A stretch of DNA of 64,000 nucleotides from Balanoglossus misakiensis (taxonomy: Eukaryota; Animalia; Hemichordata). Below, in pieces: positions 53,602-64,000 of this stretch. The notes beneath the pieces are model-generated. The model made no database searches. It was not told the DNA's origin and saw only the letters and a list, made by a program, of their open reading frames with translations. The stretch is from assembly GCA_040954595.2 (NCBI GenBank), contig CM082592.2:5426209-5490208 (forward strand), read 5' to 3'. The position numbers and the translations under genes were made by a program. Positions within the stretch are counted from its first letter, which is position 1; every line of letters starts with the position of its first letter.

Positions 53602-53815
53602 GATTCGACAGCATAGGTTATCGTTTTTCCAGCTGAGACATTTGTTATGGTAACGCAGACGCCATTTTTTTTATTCAAATGCATTGTGGGGGTTTCTTTT
53701 GTTTTTATTTTAATAGAGGGCGCCTGCTAACAGCTGGTGGTGGGCGTGTCGACATGGGCGTATCCCCAGACTCAGGGCACCACACCTAAGCGAAAGGTCG
53801 AGGCCAAAGGTGAGT
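53602..53815. promoter_or_regulatory. Bidirectional promoter of LRRC43 and the ACOT-like gene
   Basis: X-box-like TTGTTATGGTAAC (53642-53654), YY1 CGCCATTTT (53660), CTCF-like TAGAGGGCGC (53714) and GC-box GTGGGCGTG (53740). A probable non-coding ACOT exon ends AAG|GTGAGT near 53809. Confidence 0.5.
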
Positions 53816-54270
53816 AAAAAGGACCATTTCATGGTATGTGAACTTTTCGCGAAGTTTTAGTGAATCGAATCGGTACGGTCAGTCGACGGTCTGCAGGTCT
53901 GTAGCTCGAAGTTTTGCACAACCAAGGCAAAACCTCGACCTACTTTGCTGCAATAATTGTAGCCCATGGGCCTTTATGAGCCGAGTGCTGCTAGGTTGAT
54001 GGTACAATCATTGCAGCAATACTATTGCAAAATGGATTTATCAGTATCAATCAAAAGCAGCTTTTATATCTGAGCACACCCAAAAATATTCAAAACATGA
54101 AATTAACACAGTTATATTTTAACAGCAAAGTGAGACTATATAGCTATTAATATTTCTGTACAATATAGTTTCAGACGTGTATTTACACAAATTTCATTTT
54201 TTTAGAAACCAGACCTATCCGGTGTGTAACTGTTACCTGTTGGTCAGAATATCTGTAAAAACTGAGAAAG

Positions 54271-57200
54271 ATGGCAAAACCAGTGATATCAGTGACCCCC
54301 TGCAGAGCAATGATGGATGAAGTGGTGTCAATCACTGTAACCCACATGACATACAGTCAACCAATCACGTTACTGGTAACGTTTACAGATGAGAAAAATG
54401 TGACGTGGACTTCATATGGTCACTATAGAGCCAATGAAAGCGGGCATGTTCATGGTACGCAAAGAGAGAAAATCAATTCTTGGTCTCTTCATCACAGTGA
54501 ACTCTTCAGGCTGGTGGATTTTTCTAGAATTAAAATGCTGTATGTCAAACTGTCCATGACCACTGAATAGATTGAAAGTGGAGCCACAACTGAGTCAGCG
54601 TTGCTAAAATGTGATTGGCCAAATGAGACTGAGGCCACAACCATCAGCATCGCAAAACCTGATTGGCCAGTTGAAAGTGACTCACTGGCCAGACTATTTG
54701 TTAAACAATTGCTGATTGGTGAATTAAAAGCGAGCAAAAGCTAAAAATGCAACAAAGAGAGAAGTTGGTTCTTCACACAGCCTATTTTCCCAATGAAAGT
54801 GATTTGATCCAACGTACGTACATGAAATCAGTTGTACAAAACTGAATTTGCACTTTATCTGATTGTCTAGTATTAGATAAGAATTGTGTTGCCCCAAAAC
54901 TAATCCTTTCCAACTTTTCAAACCTTTTAGTTAGAACACAGCCATCGCTTGGAGGCACCTATCGAGGTGTGGAATCCATGGGCCTCTTTTGGAGTCTTAA
55001 GGCTGATGGCGATCACGAACGTCTCCGGTGGAAAGATATCGACAAGCCACTGGTGTTTGATCTGAAGGTCTACCAAGGTTTTCTCCGAGGAGCTCCCGAC
55101 TCTGACCCGGTTGCCATGGCTACCATAGAGAGATGGTACGTGGGACCGCACGTGTCATGGTCGTCATTGGAAGCTGGGAGAATAAGAGGAAAACTCTTTG
55201 TTCCGAATGGTGAGGGTTTTTTTTCATTATCACGAGGTGACGTTTGCTCTAAGTTTGTGTGTTTGTGAATTAGTAGCCAACAGATTATTGGCACAAGTAA
55301 TGGTGGGGGTGGGGGCTTCCAGCCTTGGGAGATATCTTTGCACGGTCAAGGTAACAATGGACTGGTAGTTTTCTGGTCCACTCGATCAAGAGATTCACCC
55401 TTCATAAAAGTCCTTGTGAAGGCATGTGATACATCAGACCTTCTGGGCATTTCCCAGGGCCAGGACCATATCCAGCAATTATCGACATGTACGGAGGCGG
55501 TGGCACCTATGATTACAGAGCTGCCCTGTTGGCATCACATGGATACGTCACTCTCTCTTTGTTACACATGATCTTTGAAGACGTGGGTTTCGAAGGGGCA
55601 GAACTGGATTACTATGAGGTAGTACAAATGTATGTTTTTTGTCCCCTTCTTCTGTGGATCGCTTTGTGCATTATCCCTCTCCATTATTGTAACTTTCAGT
55701 ATACTCTATATCTTACTGCCTCTGGGACAGATTCAGAACCTTTCAACTCTTTGTTATATTGAAGTTTGAGATGGTCAGTCTTTTTGAAATTGATGAAGAA
55801 AACAGGTGTTCACAGTCTTGTTTTTTACCGGTAAAACTCACAACTTGTTTTTGAATTTATTTATTTTTTTGCAGGAAGCCATCGATTATCTAGCCAGTCA
55901 TCCAAAAGTGAATGCAGAGTGTATTTCCATGTACGGTATTTCAGGGGGTGCCCTAAAATGTCTGGAGGTTGCTTCAGAAACAACAAGACAGGTATATAGT
56001 AGAATTTCATTAAGAGACACATTGGCAGGAAACGAACCCCAGGAATATTATTTTCAGGAAGAAAATGAAAATCCTGGCAAATTTTCTGTGATTTCTTAAA
56101 AAATAACAAAATCAATACTGTGAATTATTTTAGACAGATTTTGAATTTCAAGCTATAATTTGCATCTGTGATCTCTGAAAATGCTTGAACTGACTGACTC
56201 CAAAATCCTACTCAACATATGTAGTTATTTTGTAAAGTTGCTTCTTGGTTTCTTAGTGCACGATCACTGTTTTGCATGGGTACTCAACAAAATGAGCAGT
56301 CAGTTTTTGTTTTTGTTTTTTCAGATAAAATGCATTGTTTGCATCAACACAGTGTGCTTCAAATACATAAACCTCTTGATCAAGTCTGTTCCTGTAGTCG
56401 TGTAAGTAACCACTGTATCGTTTCCTGCATTTGTTTAAAAATGTTAATTAATCATTTTCCACAGTCAGAATTTGTGCATGAGTCATAACTTACTATCCAA
56501 TAGTGCCTCACAACTGATCTGGAAAAATACATGAAAGTAAATACATTCCGATTTTCTTTTTCTTTTTCTTTTATTGTACAGGGAAGATTTTGATCACGAC
56601 AGAGACTCGGCTGGGAGTTTAAAACTGGCTAAGCTCTATCATGTAAGTGAGGATGACATCGATGAAGGAGCTGTGATGGAGGTAACTAATGTATAGCTAT
56701 GGTGCATTGTTAAAACCCATTCTGGTTATTGACCCTTCCAACATAATACTGAAGTTGTCTGTCATCTTTCAAAAACTTAACCCTCGTATCTTTTTCCACA
56801 TTTTTTCTCAAATTTTGATCAAGACCTGCAGACAATGGAATATTATGTCCACTTGGTCTAGAATTAAGGGGAAAAATAGGGAAAAATGTGTGAAAATGAT
56901 AAAACATGTTGTATCTAAGTTCTCTCGCTGATGTTGTGTCTTGGTCTACTGGACATACTGGAATTCCCAGTTTTTAACTTACATTTTATATGTATTTGTT
57001 AAGTTGGTCATTACATGCAAAATACAGGTTATTTCTACAAAATAGTGAACAAAAATCAAAAGTTAGACAGCTGTGGTATATTCAAAACAGCCTTCAAGCA
57101 GTTACTTGTCCATGAAATCATTTCTGTGCCAATGGACTTTTATTTACATGGAATACATTTTCTTTTCTGCACAGGTTGACAAAATACAATGTCATTGTCT

Positions 57201-58079
57201 GATAGTTGTTGGGCTGGATGACCAGTTGTACCACGCGCATCATCATGCAGCTATGGTACGTGGATCTAGTACAGATCAGATAAACTACGTTTTCTTAAAA
57301 GAAGTGACGATGTCAGTGATAAATATGACACACGTCAGGGCCATAACCTCCAACCTGTTTAGATTCCAAACAGATATTGTTCCGTGGCAAAACTAACACT
57401 CTCTTCGACACCTGCAGATTAAAAAGCTGATGAAAGAAGCCGGCAAAGATCACCTGTGTCAAGTCCTGGAGTATCCCAAAGCTGGTCATCTGCTGGAGCC
57501 CCCATACACGCCACATCATTACTCATCACTGATATCGGTCCCATCACACAGCACTGCGGGTATCCTTGAGAACAGTAAGCTATCAAGATCCTTTCAATTT
57601 ACATTAATCTTCAAGGAATGAAATTGCTAACTTTTGAAATAATTTTTTTTCATAGGCTATTTATTCTTCTGTGTGAGAAGTTCTCATGGCTCAATTTACA
57701 ATCCATACATGGACATTATACATGAACACTACATCATTTAAATTTTTGGTCAGTATACCAAAAATTATATGTTTACTATTTGACTGTAACATTAATTGGT
57801 TATATTTGTTAAAAGTGGTGGAGCACCAACACACAACGGAATCTTTGAAGTCTGCCACGGAAAGATTTTTAACAAAAAACTTTATTTCATGCACCTGTGG
57901 CATTTATCTTTATTCCAGCAATCTACCCGAAGATGTTGTGGGGTGGCGATGCAGTCTATCACGCGAAAGCACAGGAGGCGGCTTGGAAGTCCATCCTCCG
58001 TTTCCTGGGTACCCACTTGCGTCCGGCGCCTCGTCTTCTAAACGCCAGTGAGGAAAGGACACCTTCTGCCAAGCTCTGA
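54271..58079 (+). CDS. Type I acyl-CoA thioesterase / bile acid-CoA:amino acid N-acyltransferase family protein, peroxisomal (PTS1 -AKL)
   Basis: Nine coding exons in frame: SLGGTYRGVESMGLFWSL, GRIRGKLFVP, GPYPAIIDMYGGGG..YRAALLASHGY, nucleophile YGISGG, VVGLDD, YPKAGHLLEPPY, WGG..HAKAQEAAW, ending AKL*. Confidence 0.9.
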
Positions 58080-58654
58080 TTTTGAGTAATTCATGGAACA
58101 AGGGTGTGGAGGAGTGTTTGCAGTAAGGTGGATGGTTCCAGACTGGTAGCTCGGCAGGGATGTTTTGTTTTTTATCAATACAGGTACTGTGCCTTTTTAC
58201 AGGAAGTTTCTGACAATCATCAGGTTTTTTAATGCACCTCAACACTTTTGATAGGAGTAAGAAATATTACAAACGTGTAACAATTGCAAAAACTAACATG
58301 CAATACCAAAACTGTATCACCTACCTTACCCAATTGCACTCAACAGACGCACTTCAGTATTTTTATCACACACATTTTATTGCGATAGTTGAAAACGCAT
58401 CTGTAAATTATACATCATATTTACAACACTCAGTTTATTGGTAAACATCTCTTTGTAAAAATAGATCTATATTTCATGGACGTACATGTATCATATTCCA
58501 ATACGGGTATTTGAGTGTTATCTTGTGGATGTACCATTGAATTGTAAATTCCTTACATTTCAACATGTAAGACTGTTTGGTCGTTATTGCTACACATCCA
58601 TTCAGGAGAGCTGTTGCATTTTTGGCATTGAAGAAAAAAGTTTTATTTTTCAAA

Positions 58655-58870
58655 TTAAAGGTAGTATGCTCCTCGAAAATCAAAGTCTTAAAACTTATTC
58701 TCATATTTTGCGCAAGCAATTTCAGATTAGTCCCTCTTAATAATTGAGAATAAAAAAGTGCAGGTCACTGTGCAAAATTGTGAAGTCTCAAATTTGAAAT
58801 TCAAAATGGCTGCCGATCTCTTTGTTAACTATATGGAGAAAGATTAAAGTACTCACATTTATGAAAATGA
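58655..58870 (+). mobile_element. Dispersed repeat fragment (TTAA-AGGTAG.. terminus), same family as 27115-27320
   Basis: Shares the sequence blocks listed for 27115-27320. Confidence 0.65.
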
Positions 58871-59448
58871 TGTTATTACCCTGAACGAGTATTTAATTAT
58901 TTGCCTGGCAGCAAATCAATCTCATTATTCTGGTGGGTAGGTAATTACAAAAGCAATTGTATTTCTTCCTCCCAAAGGTATTTCAGTGAAATAATGAACT
59001 GGTCGACAGTGTACTTCATTTAAAAACAAAATTTGCATTTTGATGTTGCCATGTTGAAATCACTCTCACTCAAACAATACTACCAGTAAATGCAGTAAAA
59101 AACCTATTGTTGCAAAAAAAAACATCAGCAAAAATTGACCTAAAAAGCAAAATTAAATCAAGTACAATAGAAATTCATATGGAGTGCAAGAAAAAACACA
59201 TTTACAATCACTTGTCAACAAAAGTAATCTGTGCAGCAAATCTACAGGAGATCCAAACACTACATGTACCAAAGCACCCAACTTCACACTTTTTGTGATT
59301 TGCAGTTCATCTAGATCTCAGTTTGTAGTGTAGCTAATCTCGTGTTCATTGCCTAATGCTTATTTCATCGTGAAATCAGTCCTATTCAACTTAAACGCTC
59401 GCCTGATTACGCGGCAAGCAGAAGACCCTGTACGCGGGGAACGGGAGA

Positions 59449-62400
59449 TTACAACTGCGTGATCTCTTCCTCCTCGATGTCATCGGGTTCAATGACCTCG
59501 ACGTAGTAGTGCAGGGTCTTGTTCTTCGTCCAGGAGTGGCTGTTGTCAAATCTCAGGATGTCTAGATATCAATCGAAAGGTTTCAAATATTACACACTAA
59601 TTATTTTCCCTGGTGATGGAGGGGGGCAGGGTTCACGCCTTCAAAAAGTTGGGCCGTTCTTTCATCTGAAAATTTGCAGGAAGGAAAAATATACGTGTTT
59701 TACACCAGTACCACAAAGTGTATAAACCAACTCACATGTGCCCGGTTCGTCGCAGGTGAAACTGCCATCTTCGTAGACCATGTGGCTGTTGTGTTTCTCT
59801 AAGACTTGCACAGTCTTCATGGCCTTGGTGCCGGTCTGCAGCAATACCTGAAGGCCAATGTCGCCCTCGTCAGTCTTGAACACGTATCTGACGAATGAAA
59901 GAATGCAATACTTGTATATTCATATCAGCAGATCTCATTTGCGTGCAATAATATGATTGGTTGGTCAGTTTTTGGCATGAAAAGTGATCAAATATGAACA
60001 GACTGACATGATTTTTGAGTATTGATTCAATTTTGTGGAGTCAAACATCAAGCCACATGAGCATGTGGTGAAGGGATCAAATTGATAGAACAAACCAGGA
60101 TTTCAAATAATTTCTCCTGAAAACATAAACAGGGGGGCAGACCCCTGTTTACAGACACTCCCGATGGAACGCCAGTACCAATGTTATAATTAGAACAAAA
60201 AATTTACGTTTTGACACTTACCAAGACAAAACAACAAGACAAGACAAGAAACCTTCTCTCTTACCTGATGGCACTGCCGGGTATGGTCACTTCGTTCGTC
60301 AAATCCAGCTTCTTCTTGACAGTCTCAATTTTCAAGCTGGCGTCCTCCGGTATGATTGGCTCTTGGTTGTAGTACGACTCTGGAATGATGCCACCTGGTC
60401 TGACCTATCAGGAAGCGAGGTAAGATTTGAATATGCAATTCATAAATCTGTATGAATTATCATGTCCAATATGATTGAAAAAAACTCCATTTTTGTGCAA
60501 AAGTTTCCATCCTGGAAAAAATATGCATGCAAACCCTCATGAAAAATGTAATACAAAACGGCAAAAAAGAAACTGCAACTTACTTTACTCGGGCATTTGG
60601 GATCACCATCTGGGTCGGTCATGGTTCCACCCCAATGAACTGGTAAACTCTCTGGTGGAATGTACTTCAGCAGAGTTTCTTTGAAATTACCTGAAAGCCA
60701 AGTGAAATACGGCAATGTTGTGATTGTGATTGACAACTGTTGAAATCAAAATCTAAAATTCATGAGTACATGAATATTTATGAATGCATTAAATGTAGTG
60801 AAAATCAATCTGCATCTTTCACACCCAGGGCCATCCAAAACTTACGTCCAAGAACGTGAATCTTCTTGCGTGTCCGCTCGTCCAGGAATGGCTTAATGAG
60901 CGCGAAGATTGCCGGGAAGATCCTAGGAGCCCGAACGATGAAGACAGCAGCCAGCGTCTCTGGGAAGTTGTCTTGGAACAGCGTGACAAACTATGAGAAA
61001 AAAAACCCAGGTACATGTACGTAAGAATCGTCATTTTTAAAGACAAATCGAAAATAGGTCTTATTTCGATACTCACATTTTGTTTGACGAGTCCAAAGAT
61101 TGGTGGCACCTTACCTTATTGTAGAGATCGATGCCCGGTTTCCAGAGATGCTTAGTGCCGAGTCCGTCCAAGTCGATAATCATCACCATGCCTTCCACAC
61201 GGCGATTATACTGAAGTGAGAAAATGACCATAATGCATGATTGTGTGATATAGTTCCTTGAATTGTAATATGCTTCTTCTTCATGTTCACGACCGTCCTA
61301 AACTGAAAGGTTTGTCTCTATTTGAGGGTGTGACCCGAAGGCAGATCACGGAGAGCGCCCCCAAACAATCTTTTCAGAAAAAAAAACACCTAAAATCATT
61401 GTGCAAGAGTCATAATGTGCAGGGATTGTGGCTTTATCACAACCAACTGTGCTCCTTGATAAGCAAGGGGCCACTATGAGACCACAAACAATGAACGATA
61501 CATCAATTTAAAAAAAAATCTCTGGCCAATGTCCAGTGTAGAGCCAAACACGCCTGATCATGTATCACTGACCGATCAGACAAGCGGCAGTTGCTGTGTG
61601 AAACTATGAGAGTTAATTATAGGGTAGAAATCTTTGCAAATGAGTGAATAGAAATCTCTGCAAATATCAGAAAATATATAGCCTGGGAGATCTGACCTTT
61701 TGGCTCATTTCTGGGCAGACCACTGTCCACAGATACTCGATGTCCCGAATACGGCTGGCGATAATATCCTTGCTCCTCACAGATCTCAGTAAACCTGCGA
61801 ATATTTGGGAGAGAAGCCTTGAAAATTAATGGAATTGAGCTGAAATGGATCCATTACAGTTCAAAGGGACATGAATGAGAGACTTCTGTGATCTTGCATT
61901 TTGAAATTCGGTATTTACTAATTCTACTGGTAGCCTAACATCTGTCGCCTTATTTCTGGATTTAATGAATATGTGTTCTGCAATTTGAACGATAACAGAC
62001 TGTTTCTAAAAACAACCACAAAGTTCTGAACAGGACCGTGTTAAATTTAATAAACACCCTGTTAGGATTTACACACTGTAATTTGTGTACATAGACAAAG
62101 GCATATGGCTCATCCAGTCAAAATAGCATCAAGGACACTGGTGCTCCCATTTGGTCGGATCAGGTACATTCAAGTGTGACATCTGCTTCATCCATTTCCA
62201 ATACACACCTGATTATACATAAAACCAAACCTGCTCCTTTAATGTGTATAGGGGATTATTTTTTACCTTTAGGATCTACAGTTCCAATGGTATCAATCCA
62301 GACTGGACGACCTTCCCTGTCTTCTCCCACCATTCCACCGGGATAATATTTGTCCATCACCTGTACAAAGACAAAAGGGCGATGATGGAGTCACTATGTC

Positions 62401-63149
62401 AGCCCGACTGGAAAGTTGGAAGTACTGTCTTCAGTGTACGTGTAAGTCCAAGTATAAGCCCCCAATTAACCACATCCTCTGGTGATCAAAGATAACCAAC
62501 TTACCTCAGGGTTCTTGAAATCCTGGACAATCGTGTCCCAGCCATTCTTTTTTCTTGCTTCTATATGCTGAATACGGAAAAAATATATTGGGAAATGTTG
62601 TCAGAAGATAGCTTGGGTGCATTTCAAAGTTATTCTGCAGCACTGTCACTCGACTTTTTGGGGCTGAAGGCATCACTAATAAATTTGCCTGTTGAGGTCA
62701 TTCCAATTCACAGTTGGTATGCAACGTCGGTTGCAGTATCATTTATGGAGTGCTGGGCAAGACTTACAGGTAATTTGCAGACTTATCCTTATCAAGAATA
62801 AATACAATATTTCTGCTGCTAGTTTTCCTCTCAGTAAGCTATCTAAAGCAAGTTTCCAAATGAAAATATCACGAGGAGTCTACTTACATTGCGCAGCATT
62901 GTCTCGGCCTTACCAATGTCATAACCTCTGGCTAAAAATGGAGAGATATACACAGAGAGACAGATCACTACATACATTTTGAACCAGGTGAGAACAGAGA
63001 AACATGCAAATCTGACATGGTCTGATTTACATGCAGTTGAGCTGATTGGAAGGTTTATACATAGACATAATCTTACCTCTAAGCCATCTTGTGAGAAAAT
63101 GGTCGTCATGTTCTGGTTTGGTACACACATCCTTCACCTTTTCTCTGAA
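59449..63149 (-). CDS. SEC14-like protein 2/3/4 family (CRAL-TRIO plus GOLD), 5'-partial
   Basis: [39 protein letters not shown]; [25 protein letters not shown]; [23 protein letters not shown]; GOLD domain [33 protein letters not shown]. The first coding exon is not found in the window. Confidence 0.9.
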
Positions 63150-64000
63150 CTGAAATCAGAAAGACAGTACAAAACAAAAGTTATTACCCTCTGCGATCTG
63201 CAAAATTCAGGAGTGAAAATGGTGACCACAGTTTTACCTGTAGTCAATTTCACCATGGTGATCCATGGGAAAAAATTGTGTCTAAGGGCCCTGGGTGGGA
63301 AAATTGATGTCAATTTAAATTAATTCAATTTTATTAATAACTACATATATTTACTTATATATTCATTGATTACACTACCAGTGCTTTACCACAAACTACA
63401 TACATTAATTTTTAAAAGTCAGTTTAAATTTAACAGATGTGAAATAAGGGGGTATGTAGGGCACATTATTTTAAATATCACTAATTTGTTTCAATCAACA
63501 GGAGTATAAAATGTAGAGAGACTGTTACCCCCTCCCAACACTAGGTTATTACACAGTATCTCCTGCAGTCATTGCCTGGTTACAGGCCTCCAGTATGGCA
63601 TATGCTATTAACACACTTCCTGGACGAAAATTTATAATATCATATCTCCGGATACCATATAGCCATATCAATAATATTTTCCCCGATCGTGATGTATTTA
63701 TGTCAACAATAAATGTCACTCATCCCCTTGATGCTATTGAATGCACCAGTTCTCCACAAAATTATTTGACCACAAATTTGTCACCCGGCAGTGTCAGAAC
63801 ACACTGCGAATATCGCAGGGGGTGGCGGCCTCAATGGCAAACAGAATTTTTAATTCTCGCGACAGCCGTGTTTAGAAGCACTGCTGCCCTGCCAAATCTA
63901 AATCATGCATAAAACGCGACCCCAAAGTTTGTTGCCCTGTTAGGCAGCTCTGCGGCTTAAATCTGCTCCTTGGACAGTGATGTTTGGAACTGAGAGGTCG

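Noticed and set aside
57560-57580. GTATCCTTG as a U12-type donor in the ACOT-like gene
   Set aside because: No TCCTTAAC-like branch point before the 57919 acceptor, and an in-phase U2 donor (A|GTAAGC) lies 15 nt downstream.
62090-62210. Possible cassette exon in a SEC14L intron
   Set aside because: Acceptor-like site present, but there is an in-frame stop after about 26 codons and no good donor.

Overview
Eukaryotic, intron-containing, AT-rich animal genomic DNA. The gene content and repeats suggest a marine invertebrate, possibly a hemichordate or other invertebrate deuterostome, but this is inference. Hand-splicing on GT-AG junctions gives eight protein-coding genes: (+) a 5-exon secreted BRICHOS-domain precursor ending in RDKR plus a 28-aa, 4-Cys, Trp/Arg-rich beta-hairpin peptide (arenicin-like antimicrobial peptide candidate, not visible in the ORF track); (-) TLCD3/FAM57; (+) SGF29; (+) USP32 (about 30 exons over 28 kb, probable 4.4 kb 3'UTR); (-) IFT22; (-) LRRC43; (+) a peroxisomal ACOT/BAAT-family hydrolase; and (-) a SEC14L2-like gene whose first exon is outside the window. 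Introns carry several MITE families, a TTAA-flanked Kolobok-like element nested in another MITE, and microsatellites. The top candidate for an undescribed system is the BRICHOS-peptide locus. It also has a C/EBP- and kappaB-like upstream cluster and a possible tandem-donor isoform lacking the peptide. All gene identities come from my recognition of motifs; no database searches were run.
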